From Octopus sinensis (taxonomy: Eukaryota): a stretch of DNA of 64,000 nucleotides. The position numbers and the translations under genes were made by a program. Under the pieces are notes generated by a model. The model did not search any database, was not told the DNA's origin, and worked only from the letters and a program-made list of their open reading frames with translations. The stretch spans positions 27,032,001 to 27,096,000 of the forward strand of contig NC_043016.1 of the NCBI RefSeq assembly GCF_006345805.1. The letters are read 5' to 3'. Below are positions 24,777 to 38,503 of the stretch, piece after piece. Every line of letters begins with the position of its first letter. Positions within the stretch are counted from its first letter, which is position 1.

Positions 24777-25596
24777 ATAATCATCATCATTGTTTAAACA
24801 TCCACTTTTCTATGCTTGCATGTATTAGATGGAATTCTTTGAGGCACATTTTCTGTCTTGATACTCTTCCTGTTGCAAACTCATACCTTTCCAAGCAAAG
24901 TAATATTTCCCCATTGCTGGACATATTTTCACGGAAAATTAGAAATGTATACTGCTTATATGACAGAGACACTCATTTACAACTATTGCATGTACATCTC
25001 CCAGTACCGCCTGACTGGCCTTCATGCTGGTGGCACGTAAACGCACCCACTGCACTCTCGGAGTGGTTGGCATTAGGAAGGGCATCCAGCTGTAGAAATT
25101 TTGCCAGATCAGATTGGAGCCTGGTGCAGCCATCTGGTTTGTCAGTCCTCAGTCAAATCGTTCAACCTATGTTAACATGAAAAGCGGATGTTAAACGATG
25201 ATGATGATGATGATAAATCTAAATCTAACCAGTGATTAAGATCTGCACCCACAAACCAAAGTAATATATTTAAATTCTGACACTTGACCTTTTTGATATC
25301 ATCCCCACCAAGACCACTCCTGGTTCTATGATTTGAACTTTCTGTTTTAAAGTAATTTAAATTTAAAATTTCCATCATAATACATGTTAATTTATGTCTC
25401 AAACACCAGCTTAATAATAACAGTTGTTTTATTAGCTCCTTCAATTTCAGAATTAATTCAAACAAAAGCAGTGTATTTCAATAAAGTGATCTGAATTAAA
25501 AACCTATCAAACTTTGAAGTTACGTTCTAAATACCAGTTTAATTAATGATAGTTATTTTACAAATTCATTCTTTTCACAAAATTCTTTGAAACAAG

Positions 25597-26088
25597 TCTT
25601 CCAAATCCACTCACAAGGCTTTGATCGGCCCAAGGCTATGGTAGAAGACACTTGCCCAAGGTGCCACGCAGTGGGACTGAACATGGAACCATGTGGTTCA
25701 TAAGCAAGCTACATACCACACAGCCACTCCTAGTCATTAGACTGCAGCTATGATGGGACTCTACCTTGAAGGGTTTAGTTAAACAAATCAACCCTGAAAT
25801 TTATTTTTATATCCGGCGCATATTCTATCAGTCTCTTTTGCTGAACTGCTAAGATACAGGGACTTAAACTATTTATATATGTGCGCGTGTGTTTGTGCAT
25901 CTCTTTGTCTACACATCACGCAATGTCACCTGTCATAGGGTTGCTATTTCTAGTGGATCAATCAGCCATATAGGTTAACCTTCTTTAGTTTGTGTATATT
26001 TGTGATATGTAATAAAAAAAAAAAACCCTAATGGTGTCCCTCCTCTTCAAACAAATATGGCCATGAACAGAAACACTTAGCAAACCTT
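25597..26088. repeat. Composite local duplication: inverted copy of 24251-24526 fused to a direct copy of 28833-29050
   Basis: 25597-25872 is the reverse complement of 24251-24526, including the unique two-SINE junction; 25872-26088 matches 28833-29050; few mismatches. Confidence 0.92.
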
Positions 26089-26188
26089 ACAACACCCAGC
26101 TGCAACATTGTTAGTGGCACACATCCTCTTCTCCTTACTATCAAGATAGTTGCTTGATTATTAGTTGTAAGTCATTTGGATAAGTGAA

Positions 26189-26510
26189 GGCACATGGCTC
26201 AGTGGTTAGAAGCATCAAGCTTATGATTGTTAGGTTGTGAACTCGAATCCCGGACTGGACTGCGTGTTGTGTTCTTGAGCAAGACACTTTATTTTACGTT
26301 GCTCCAGTTCACACAGCTGTAGAAATGAGTTGCGATGTCACAGGTGTCAAGTTGTATTTGCTGTTGCCTTTCCCTTGGATAACACTGGTGGCGTGGAGAG
26401 GGGAGGCCGGTATGCATGGGTAACTGCTGGTCTTCCGTAAACAACCTTGTGTGGACTTGTGCCTGGGAGGGTAACTTTCTAGGTGCAATCCCATGGTTGG
26501 TCATGACTGA
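26189..26510 (+). mobile_element. SINE family B copy
   Basis: TGGCTCAGTGG A box and AACTCGAATCC B box; body matches the 16400 copy. Confidence 0.85.
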
Positions 26511-26819
26511 TAAACTCAACATAAAGTAGTGAGCATAAGCAACAGCATACAACTTGATGTTTTACTATTTATACTGTTGGAATAATGGCAAGATGATGAT
26601 GAGGTCTTGAAAGTTAAATTTGTGTTTGATGCTTTCAAAAACTTTTATGATATCCAAAAGCCCTTTGTTTTATTCATGTGATTGATGCAAACTTACATCA
26701 GACACAAAGCTCACATTGAATGAAATGCTAGGCTCAAATAGTTCCTTGACCACCCCATGCTAGGATGGAAAAAAATGGATGTTAAACAAATGAATAAATA
26801 TATATATATATATATATAT

Positions 26820-27020
26820 CCTTTACTCTTTTACTTGTTTCAGTCATTTGACTGTGGCCACGCTGGAGCACTGCCCTTAATCGAGCAACTCGACCCCGGG
26901 ACTTATTCTTTGCAAGCCCAGTACTTGACGGGGACATAAACACACCAGCATTGGCTGTCAAGCAATGCTAGGGGGACAAACACAGACACACAAACATACA
27001 GGCACACACACACACACACC

Positions 27021-27090
<70 letters not shown>

Positions 27091-27241
27091 TATGATGGGC
27101 TTCTTTCAGTTTCCGTCTACCAAATCCACTCACAAGGCTTTGGTCGGCCCGAGGCTATAGTAGAAGACACTTGCCCAAGGTGCCACGCAGTGGGACTGAA
27201 CCCGGAACCATGTGGTTGGTAAGCAAGCTACTTACCACACA
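26820..27241 (-). mobile_element. SINE family A copy with internal deletion and long (TA)n
   Basis: Head, core and tail motifs present. Confidence 0.85.
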
Positions 27242-29401
27242 ATATATAATATATATATATATAGAATGTTTTCATTTTTCTAACACGTATGAGAGAAAGC
27301 TGTGTACGTGTTTCAGTCTCATGATGACCTCATCACTGAAGCATAATTTTCATCTCTGTTCAAACTTGATTCTCTTTTCTGCTGCATCATTGATACTTGT
27401 TTCATGAACCCTCTGAGGAATGAAAATTGGACTCAACCAAGGCAATGTAGTAATAAGTGTAACTACACTTGCAACAGTTGGGAGGACAGACTGTATACAA
27501 TGGTCTTTGCTTATTACTCCTCACCCACCAAAAAAAAAAAAAAACAACAAAAAGACAAAACTAGAAATGTTTTGAGAATTGAATTATTCAGTGACTTATT
27601 TGGAAGTGTGGCCTGCACATTAGTTTACAACAACAGTTTAGGTAAAAAAGCAGGTTATGTAACTGATGTATAGAGCGTCATCGTTGACTCCACTAATTGT
27701 TGTTTACCACTTGAAAGATTTATTAATGTATACGCCAACTCCAAGCAATATTTACATTTATTTTGGTGTTATATTTTTACTATTTCAGTTAATATTTAAA
27801 AAAAAAAAAAGTTTCTCACTCCAACTACTATACATTTTGTTGTTTTTATTTTGTTTGTTTTTGGTGAGTGGAATTCTTCAGTTCCATTGAGTAATAATTG
27901 TCTACTAGATTTCTTTCTGGGAACATTTTTTCTACATTTAAAACTTATTTTCTTTGCTGAGTATGTCTAGCGATGTGTGTGTTTGCTTTTGTCTATATGA
28001 GTGTGTTTGTGTGTCTGTATATGTTTGCATGTGTATGCATCTGTGAATGTATTTATGTATGTGTGTTTGTCTTGGTGAGTACCTATGTGTTTATGTGTGT
28101 GACTGTCTGTGTGCAGCTGTATGTGAGTCTGTATTGGTCTGTGTTTTTTTCCCCTTTAACTGTCATCTGGTTTACATTTTCCTCTATATCTAACAGTCTG
28201 CTCACCAAGCCAGTAAGAGATCCTCTTCATAGTCACTTATCCTACTAGAAATAACAGCCAAATCCATCTTTAATCACAACCCCCACTATCGTGAAATTTA
28301 GGACTAACTGGGTAGTGCATTTCAGATAACCTTTAAAAAAAGACTGGATATTCTTGACTTGAATGCCTTTGATCATAAGTCTGTTCAACCAGAACAAACC
28401 TGGGGCTAAACAATGTCTGTTAGCTCTTAATTTTTTCTTTTGAGATAATATAAATGTATATGGACTATTTGTAATGAGTATAAATGTATACATCAACACT
28501 GAAATGGTTAAAGCATTGGGATTATTAATAAACACCCGCACTAATATTTATCGTGTGATGTATGTCTTAGTCACAAAACAATTTATTTTGGTTTTGTGCT
28601 ATTGGCAACATTTAGAAGCATGATTTGCTGACCATCAGCATTTACTATGCATATATTATTATTTAATGGGTGTGTGGATAAAGCATTTGCTTCTCAACTA
28701 CATATGGTTTTGAGTTCAGTTCCACTATGTGGTACCTTGGGCAAGTGTCTTCTACCATAACCCTGGACTGACCAAAGTATTGTGAGTGGATTTGGTAGAC
28801 AGAAACTGAAAGAAGTTCATTATGTGTGTGTGTTTATATATGTGCGCGTGTGTTCATGCATCTCTTTGTCTACACATCACGTAATGTCACCTGTCATAGG
28901 GTTGCTATTTCTAGTGGATCAATTAGCCATATAGGGTAACCTTCTTTAGTTTGTGTATATTTGTGATATGTAATAAAAAAAAAAAAACCCTAATGGTGTC
29001 CCTCCTCTTCAAACAAATATGGCCATGAACAGAAACACTTAGCAAACCTTGTTAACTTTGTTTTCTCTTAAAATTTTTATCTTTTTCTCAGATAATTCTT
29101 GAGGTGCATGCAAAAAACAATGAGAATCCAAACAATAACTTATAAATTCATTCTCAGCATGTTCTGGCAAATTCAAAAGCTAGTGTCTGATCCCTGTTGC
29201 TTTATATCATTAGAAAACATCTCCTTTTTAGATGATGTATGGTTATAATATACACAATTCACTGGTGTAAAGGGACTTCATGACACTGTTGTTTGAATCT
29301 CATTGTGCATCTCCTCAGTCAAAGCTATCCGTTTGGATTGAGCTGTTGTTTGTATTCACCATAGACTGGTGATTTGTATGTGTTATGAACACTGTCTAAA
29401 G

Positions 29402-29628
29402 CAGTGGTTCTCAAATTATTTTATTTTCCTATGGACCTCCTTGATTCCTGTTTCACTTGGATGGACCCTCATAGCCATTTGATGTTTTAAAGATCCTATT
29501 ATATTTTTATAATTAAATATTATTAGGAATTGCATGAAAAAATAATTAAAGATATTTTGTGTGTTGCAGAAGTGTAACCAATTTATTGCACATAGATTTT
29601 AACAACAAAATCATTTGGGAAACAGCAA
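29402..29628. mobile_element. Possible hAT (Charlie-like) MITE relic
   Basis: Left end gtctaaag|CAGTGGTTCTCAAA; right end degenerate (tttgggaaacagc). Confidence 0.4.
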
Positions 29629-29848
29629 TCTAGTATTTATGTCTGAATCTGCCAGAACATATTTAAGAATGAATAGATATATTATTCTTTCTTTCTTTCT
29701 CTCATTATCCATAAATCTAGCAGTTATTAAAAGAAAACAAAAAATGATTTTACTGAAAGACCACATGGATGTTGTGTCATAGAGAAGCTTCTTTATAGAA
29801 TGTTTGGGAAACATTGAAAGGTTGACCAGACTTTTTCAATCTGATGAA

Positions 29849-30385
29849 ATAATAATAATTATAATAATAATAATGAAATTATTGTATACAGTGCTCAGGT
29901 GCACCACAACTTGTCAAAAGTGTGTATAAAGCATATGCAGTAATGTACAAATGTCTGGAAAGCGAACAATGCATGAGTCAGATACATGCTTGTGTGTGTA
30001 TGGAGGGGAGAAAATCAGGTGTAGTGTTGGCGAATCTCAGAAAGCATGGAAGTTTTGAAGGATGCAGTGCTCCAACAACTAATAACTGATGCCAGCAGTT
30101 TGTTCCATGCTTCAGCAACTCTTAGCGTGAAAAAATGTTTCTGAAAGTCATGGGAGCTGTACTGTTTTTCTGACTTTGTAAACATGTCCACGGGTGTTAG
30201 ACAGGTGGAGTTTGAAAAGGTGCTCAGAGTTATTGTTAGTAAGATGGTTAATAAATTTATGGGTGTCTGCCAAGTCAGCTGCCAGACGTCGGAGTTTCAA
30301 TGTATCCATGCCCAGAGAAGTAAGGCATTCAGAATATGGCAAATGCTTGATGGAGGGTATTCTCTTGGTTGCACGTCGAACAAAT
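29849..30385 (-). mobile_element. 5'-truncated CR1-type LINE 3' end with (ATT)n tail
   Basis: PYSECLTSLGMDTLKLRRLAADLADTHK...NTRGHVYK matches the CR1 C-terminal Y..RL..L.L..L..RR...DL / TRGH pattern. Confidence 0.85.
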
Positions 30386-31054
30386 GAAGCTGTTTGATCA
30401 ATTTAGGCCTATGCCCACATGGAAAATGGATGTTAAATGTTGATGAAATGTTGAAATTGCCCAGATGGTAGAAGAATAATTTTTTTTGTTTTTAATAGCC
30501 CAAGTAAGCTCTGATCAAGCAAATTTATGATTAGAAATATTTCAGCCTTGACCATCCCATCATTTTCAGAAATAATATATTCTAGATAATTATCCAATTC
30601 ATACTTACATTTTTAAAAACAAGATGGTAGGATTTGCTTTGTGAGCAATTGGCTGTGGTTTCTAGCAGATTGAGTGGTTAAGCAGAGGACCTATCATTTA
30701 GTGATACGCATTGATACGCATGAAAATTCAATGAAAGGCAAAAGGTTGAGATGTTTTGGTGTACTGTGAAAAGAAGTATCTAATAGTCAGGGCTTCAGTT
30801 TGATAAAGTGACACAGATATATCACTAGTGAGATAGTGACAAAGATAACCAGTTGTATGTGAAGAAAGCAGTAGTGTAGTAACCAGAATCAATATAGTGA
30901 AAAGATACATTTGAGGTTATGTTGTTGATGTACTGTGAGAAGAAATATATTTAATATCTAAAAAAGATAGACAGATGGGGGTAGAAGTACAAAGTGACAT
31001 ACAGATGGTATATGCACACACATACACAAAGGCAGCTGAATGGTGTATGTATGC

Positions 31055-31096
<42 letters not shown>

Positions 31097-31924
31097 CATA
31101 TACATACACACACACACAAGCAGATGAATGGTGTATGTATATATATATAGGGAGAATTCATGAAAAAATATATACATACACACACGTAGATAGATACACA
31201 CACATGTATAGACATACAGTCAAATATGTGTGTATGTGTATGTACGCATATTCACGCATAGCTTATACAGGCAACCGCAAACAGAAAACACCAAAGGCAT
31301 TCTATATCAGTGCGAGTCAACAGAGAAAAAAGCTAAAAGTGAGATATCTAACATTTCACCCTGATCTCTTCATCCACAACTGAATGCAACACAGATCTTG
31401 TTTGATGAAGCGCTTAGTAGTCTGTTAGATATTACTTTCCTGAAGGGGCACAAATGTATAAACTTTTTTATTTAAATATATATAAATTCCTTTTTGGCTT
31501 GATAATGAAATTAAGGTTGACCCAAGAAGTGTAAGACAGACATGGAAACCGATGGAGAAATGAAGTCTGTTGCAGGAAGTCATTATTTCTTGAACCAAAT
31601 AGATGATTTACATCTGGTTTGTGTTAGTAGCATTTTGTGTTTGGCAGGAGGAATGACAAAAAATAAAAATTCATACTGTAAGTATAAGGATTTCTAACAT
31701 AGCTTCAATGCCATACATTCTAAGGGAGTGTACACTTGACCAATTTCATACCAGTTCTTAACTGGTACTTTATATATTGGCCCCAGAGTAAAAAGCAAAG
31801 TCAGTCTTTGGTGGATAGGAACTCCTAACTTAATACGGTATAACAAAATACTATCTGACAGCGAACCTATTCTTTTACCATTTTTTATTTGCTGCCATTC
31901 TGGCTATGAATTTCCTTTAATTCC

Positions 31925-32880
31925 ATGCCCATTTTCTGTGCCTACATGGTTGGATGTATCTTTTCCAGTATAGTGTTTTATCATTTGTCACAATCCCTTT
32001 GTCATCTCCTTTCTAAGATCACCCTCTACAACTACTTTTTTTTACATCCATGTCTTCCTTGGTCTTCCCCTTTTATAGGTTCTTTCTGCTTGTATAACTT
32101 TACACTTTTGTTTTTTTACTCAAGCATTTTCCTCTATAGAAATTATGTTACCAAGCTAGTGCTATCTCCTTTCATGCACACTGTGGAATTTCTCTTGTAC
32201 CCAGTTTTTCTTTCAGATCCTTTTTGTCCCTTCACTTCATGCACACTGACATTACATTACGCATCCTGCAGTTTGAGCATTCCTGCCTTGCCATATTCTC
32301 CACATTTAATAGCCATATTTCGTTACTGTGCTCTATCACATTTCGTATATTACTGTCATACAATCTGGCCTTCATTTACAGAGAAAATCCCTATATTGCT
32401 AGCAGAGGTAAATAATTCCCTGAAAGTTTCCCCACACCATCCTTATTCTGGCAACAATACTTTCACAACACCCTACTCCATTGCTAATTAGGTCACCTAC
32501 GTAACTGAAACTGCCAACTATTTCTAGGGAGTCTTCCAGACATTGAAAAGGATTCATTTCATGGGTGCTGTTATTGCTAACTGCTCCAATGCACCTGCTT
32601 CTCTCACAGTCTGTCTATGATGTTACTGTATTTCTTGTGCACCTGTACTTTACAATGTACTTACTATTTAATAGTATGTCAAGCATTACCTCTTACCATA
32701 TGGTGGTGCAGTCTTGCCTTCATTACTACTAATTAAAATTTTTGTCATTATTAGGTTTACTAATGACTTTCAATTTTAAGTTTTGCATCCATTTTCGGAA
32801 TTTCTACAGTAATTCTCTGATAGATCCAAGTATGAGAACTAGTTCAATGGCACATAGATGTTCCCACTGGCAACCAGTTT
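31925..32880 (-). mobile_element. Highly degenerate RTE LINE ORF2 relic (similar relic at 40010-40400)
   Basis: - strand remnants WETFREL...L and K.RLYD, resembling the RTE motif WGKFRELLPLL...KGRLYD. Confidence 0.55.
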
Positions 32881-34234
32881 GAACCCTTTTGATATCAACC
32901 CACCCCTTATGTTAATTAGGTTTCAGACCCTTACCTTAATAATGACAGTCATTTACTAAATGACTTTGTCTCAGGGTTAATTAAGTTTCAAACCACTAAC
33001 TTAATAATTACAAAGGCAGTGTATTTCAATAGCTTACATAAAAAGATTGAGAACTGAGCAGTCTTACCTGCATGCTAAATTCCTTGCTGAACTTGTTGCT
33101 AATTCTCATGGCCTGCATGTCTCTCATAAGACATTCTTCTATACCTTGTTCTCTTAGCAACTACTCAACTATAGAGCTTGAGACCTGTCGTAGGCCTTCT
33201 TCACAGGTCAGTTGGCTTGCACATGGCTAGGAATTTTTACAGATGTCTCACTTAAAAGTGGAACCTAGCACAACCCTAAGCTGTATCTCATATAATCTCT
33301 TTAGTTATTACTTTCATAACCTGTTCCATCAGTTTTATTCTTCTGTAGTTGGATCTCTTTAGTCCATTTCATTTGTCCCTGTAGCAGTTGATGAATGATA
33401 CTGCTACACCAATCAGTAGATGACAAAAAAAAAAAGAAAAAGAAATAGGGGCTTGTTGAAAGGATCTCGGGAGTATCTTGACAGTGTGTGTATCTCTGAG
33501 ATCAGGAATATTCTCCAGGTTGAGCCACTACTTTTGCACATTACGGTGTCACAACTCTGTTAGTATGGAGATGTTAGAATGTTGCAGGGAAGAATTACAA
33601 GATGAATTTTTCAAGCTTAGCCAACCAGCAGGAGACCTAGGGGTAGACCATGTGCAAGATGGTTGGATAATATCCATAGTCTCACTTGGCCACTCTTGGG
33701 AATCCAGCCAGTGTGTGTGTGTGTGGTATGTTTGTCTCTGTCTTCTCTCACTGAATGACCAGTGTTAGTTTGTTATGTCTTTTAACCAAGCAATTTGGTA
33801 AAGGAGAATGACAGAATAAATATTAAACTTTGGGAAAAAAAACCCCAAAAAACTACTGGAGTTGACTGAAACAAGTAAAATAAAATAAGATGTAAATCAG
33901 TGTGACCTCAGGTCAATGACTGCAGTTATAAAGCCTTTTATTCTTTTGCTCTGCGTGTGTGTGTGTGCGCGCGCACACGCGTGTTCAGGTTCCCCTCCCC
34001 CCTCCCCACCACACTTTTGTATCCTTGTGTATATGTAAGTTATATGGAAGGCTGTAAAACAAATTACCATATGTCTCTGTCAGCTTTCTTGTTCTAAGAT
34101 TCCATTTATAGTATGTTTAAGAAAAGTTTTTTGTGTTTTAAGCTTTTTGCATGTTTTTTTAAATTCATTTTCCATTTTTTAAAAAATATACTGAAGTATT
34201 CTTTGTAAATAACATTGTTTTGTGTGTGTATATG

Positions 34235-34279
<45 letters not shown>

Positions 34280-35214
34280 TTTATTTATTTCAGTATATAT
34301 TTTTTTCTATATTAGATTTTATATTTTCTACACAACAACAGCAGTAATAATTTCTCACATTGTACAGCAAAAATTGTTGTTATTTGTACTCTGAATTATT
34401 TTCGGTAACTGGCATAACTTATGTGAGAGCAGGGATGTGGATTGTATTAAGTTACACTCAATGAGAGCTGCACCTTAGTTTTGTTTTAGTATAAACTTCT
34501 GAATCATCCTCATAATATGGCAGGAGGAGTTCCACTGGGAATTTTTAAGGCAATGACTTCCTTATGTGTTTGAATGCTGAAAATATCGGCCAAGCTGGAA
34601 CTGTGTTCATTAAAGAGAACTTTGTTGGTTCTTTTGTAATATATGCTTCACTTCAAACGGTTCCTCCACCACCTAAAATAAAAAAAAAAGTAAATAAAGA
34701 TAAACCAAAAAAAAAAAAATATGGAACAAAATAAATCTTATATAAAGAAGTAACTCTTTCCTTAGAATTGCAGAAATCTTTGAGTGAATTACAAAAAAAA
34801 AAAAAGGAAATAGTTTTTTCTCCCATTATAGACTACATATGATTATTGCTGTAACAACAATAATGCCAATATTTGTATATGTATGTGTGTTGTGGGTGGT
34901 GAGTGGAGGGTGCATAGATGTCACAACATTTATTTTTATTTATGTTGAATTGAAAGGCTCCCTGAGTGTTTATAAAAATACTTGTTGGTATTTTTAGTTG
35001 ACTCTTGCTTTTTATTGTAATGAGGGTTGTGTCTTGAGATTTGGAAGTTGCACGTTCACCACCCTCTCTCTCTCTGTTTTAACTCTTTTAATACAAACCT
35101 GCCTAATATTATTATCCTTATTTCTTTGATGCAAATACCCTGTTTTTAAAATGATCTGAATTTTTAAACCCTAACAAAATTTCACATTAATATATGTTCC
35201 AAACACTAGCTTTA

Positions 35215-35432
35215 TAATCCTTTCTGCTATAGGTATAAGGCCTGAAATTTGTTGGGAGGTTGATTACATTGACCCCCCCCCCCCCCCCACCCACACACAC
35301 ACACAAAAAGAAAAGAAAAAAGATGAAAAGGCAAAGTTGACCACAGTGGAATTTGAGCTCAGAACATAAAGGCGAATGAAATTCTGCCAAGCATTTTGTC
35401 CAGCATGCTAATGATTCTGCCAGCTTGCTACC
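35215..35432 (-). mobile_element. SINE family C copy nested in a TTAA-MITE relic
   Basis: gatgaaaaggcaaagttgacc...gaatttgagctcagaac, flanked by the two halves of a MITE. Confidence 0.7.
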
Positions 35433-35894
35433 TTACACTACTTTACCAATGTCGGTTATTTTACTAAATTCTTCATTATTTTCCAAATTAATTGGAACAA
35501 AGGCAGTGTATTTTAACAAATATAACAAAAAAGTTAAAGGTGTTAGAGAGATTTTGACTTCTACATACAACAAGTTCTCATGACTTCATATCAAATTTGT
35601 AGTCCCTAATTTAAAGGTAATAGGGAATTTGTTGATAGGAGTTATGTTATACTGAATTAGCAATGTCACTAAGAGAAGCTCCTTCTCTGATTTATGTGGT
35701 TCTTTTTCTGAAAGGGATTTGGTTTCTACATTGGGTAGATCCAAACTGATTAGCATAAAGCTCCATGTATACTGGGTGGCATATATGGTATTACAGAATA
35801 GTTTTCCCCACCCAGTTCTGCTAAGGAAGGGAAAACACGGTAATGTGATAAAGCTTTCGTTCTTTCTTTCTTCTTCTTATTGTGTTACTTTGTG

Positions 35895-36480
35895 AGGCAT
35901 ACAGTTTGCACACTGGGTAGAATGCTTAGAACATTTTGCCTATCTTTATGTTCTGAGTTCAAGTTCTGCTGAGGTTAACTTTGCCTTTCATCTCTTTCAG
36001 GGTCAATAACTAACAGCTGAGCACGTGTGCCAAAATTTGAAACCATTTTTATTATTATTGCCATGAACTGGCAGAATCGTTAGCATTCCAGATTTAGTGA
36101 CGTTTCTTCCAGCTGTTTATGTTCTGAGTTCAAATTCTGTGATGGCCAGCTTTTCGTCCTTTTAGGATCAATAAAATAAGTACCAGCAAAATATTGGGAT
36201 TGGTGTAACCAGCTACTCTTTTACCTCAAAATTGCTGGCCTGGTGCAAAAATTTGAAACCATAAGGCAGCATGTGGCAGAACTGTTAATGCATTGGGAAA
36301 AACGCTTTGTGGCATTTCTTTTGACCCTTTGCATTTTGAGTTCGAATTCTGCTGAGGCTAGCTTCTCTTTTATCCTCTTTAGGTCAATAAAATTCCAGAA
36401 GTGTACTAAGGTTGAATGGCATTGACTAACCCCTCCACCAATTTTCTCGCCTTATGTCTATATTAGAAACAATATTATCA
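35895..36480 (+). mobile_element. Head-to-tail cluster of three family C SINEs
   Basis: A tgagttc(a/g)aat-like B-box region with the following domain recurs near 35950, 36120 and 36335. Confidence 0.75.
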
Positions 36481-37442
36481 TCATCATGTGTATATTATTA
36501 TTACATATTATAATTGTGTATAAAGTATTGAATCATAGTTTATCTGTAGAATTTGTGCAGCATGAGTGTTATGATCTTTAAACCATGGTCTTCAATCAAA
36601 AGGACTTAAAGCTAATATAGCAAAAACTAAAATGTTAGATAAAGAAAACATGAACTTCCAGTGTTTAAGGAGTCATGGTCTTGATTGATATCTAGGAGAG
36701 GAGTAGGTAGGAGACTGCGTAATCAGCATAAACAGTGGGTCTATAAGGGATCTTTGGTAGACAGATAGAGGATCTTAAATTTAGATGTGGTAGATGTACA
36801 GCAGTACTTTGTAGCATAGACACTCATGCAGTACTCATATGTCTCACTTGAGGAAGTTGACAGTTTCTGTTCCTGTGGTGATCTATTTAATATAGTGATG
36901 ATTTAGTTGAGAGAACTGAGAGCCAACTGATGCAGGGTTTGTTGGAATGTGTATGACGCTACATAGTGAAACACAGATATTGGATATCCTGAGATCTTGG
37001 TGGTCAGAGAGATATGAGGAATATAATGATATAATGGATGTATATAATGATATATATTTAGGCATTAAATTGGTAGTTGTTAGAAAACATTGGATAGAAT
37101 GCCCCCACTTTACTGTGCTCCAAGTTCAACTCCTGCTGTGGTCAACTTTGCTTTTCATCATCATTTCAGAGTCAGTAAAATAAAGTAACAATCCAGGCTA
37201 GTGGATTAATGGTAATGTAAGAACTTTGGACATGGTACCTTGCAGTATTTGTTCCAGCCATTTGCATTCTGATTTCATATCTATCACCCTGATTAACACC
37301 ATCACTAGTCATCTAGGATACCTTTGAAAGCATTCTAGCCAAGAATCTGGTCTGAGAATACATTCCCTCCCTCTTTCCCTCCTTCCTGCCATTCTCAGAG
37401 GTTCAGCAAATGGTTCTGAGCACTGCCTTCCTTCCTTTTTCT

Positions 37443-37820
37443 CGTTTACTCTTTTACTTGTTTCAGTCATTTGACCGTCGCCATGCTGGAGCACCACCTT
37501 TAGTCGAGCAAATCGACCCCAGGACTTATTCTTTGTAAGCCTACTACTTATTCTATCGGTCTCTTTTGCTGAACCACTAAGTTACGGGGACGTAAACACA
37601 CCAGCATCGGTTGTCAAGTGATGTATGTGTGTGTGTGGAGGGGGGGAACAAACATATACACACATACATATACATGATGGGCTTCTTTCAGTTTCCGTCT
37701 ACCAAATCCACTCACAGGGCTTTGGGCAGCCCGAGGCTATAGTGGAAGATGCCATGCAGTGGGACTGAACCCAGAACCGTGTAGTTCGTAAGTAAGCTAC
37801 TTACCACACAGCCACTCCTA
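37443..37820 (-). mobile_element. SINE family A copy
   Basis: Head, core and tail motifs present. Confidence 0.88.
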
Positions 37821-38423
37821 CACCTATCCTGTATAAAGGATTTTTATAAAATATTATCAAGTGTTCATTATTTACATTTGATGGATATGAAGAAAAGAGA
37901 AGATGAAACCAATGAACTGTCCACAGTCTGTCTACCCTATGTGAAAGGCCTCTCCGAAAAGATACAAAAGATATGTGACCCGTATGACATCAGGACAGTA
38001 TTCAAGAGTAATACAACACTTTACAAATATCTCCTTTGAGTAAAACCACCAATAGAAGAGAATATGACCAAAAATTGAATGTACTCCATCCCATGCAGCT
38101 GTGGTAGATTATACAAAGGTGAAACATGCCACACTCTCAAAATAAAGGTAGAGCAACATTGCAAAGCTGTGACACAAGGAGATATTGGTAAATCGGGTAT
38201 AGCTGATCATGCATGGAAAAATGGAGACCACCTCCCCCTATGGGATTAAGTTAAAATAATAGACAGAGAACACGTATAGAAAATACAAAAACTAAAAGAA
38301 GCAGCACATACGCTAGGACACAACAACCTCCTAAGCAGATCGAGTGCAGATATAACCAGTATTAACAAAGGATAGGAAAATATTAGATTTATAAGCCCTA
38401 AAATTAACTCCATAATTGCCCAT

Positions 38424-38488
38424 GGGTACATGGTGTAGTGGTTAAGAACGCAGGCTATTAACCCCAAGATTCCGAGTTCGATTCCAGG
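38424..38488 (+). pseudogene. tRNA-derived sequence (Pol III A/B boxes) within the PLE-associated end; not a functional tRNA
   Basis: TGGTGTAGTGG at 38431 and GAGTTCGATTCC at 38474; mismatched anticodon arm, no proper acceptor stem. Confidence 0.7.
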
Positions 38489-38503
38489 TTCGAAATCCCC
38501 CCA

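Noticed and set aside
29093-29150. Acceptor-like sites (29092, ~54880) as the next SIPA1L exon
   Set aside because: Phase-1 translation hits early stops and lacks the expected conserved motif
31925-32491. 188-aa and 160-aa hydrophobic ORFs (also 40017-40499 and 61500-61940) as membrane proteins
   Set aside because: Antisense frames of decayed RTE LINEs or of a pyrimidine tract
38424-38488. Functional tRNA genes (also the heads at 26189, 44203 and 63430)
   Set aside because: No complete cloverleaf or acceptor stem, and each runs into a retroposon body
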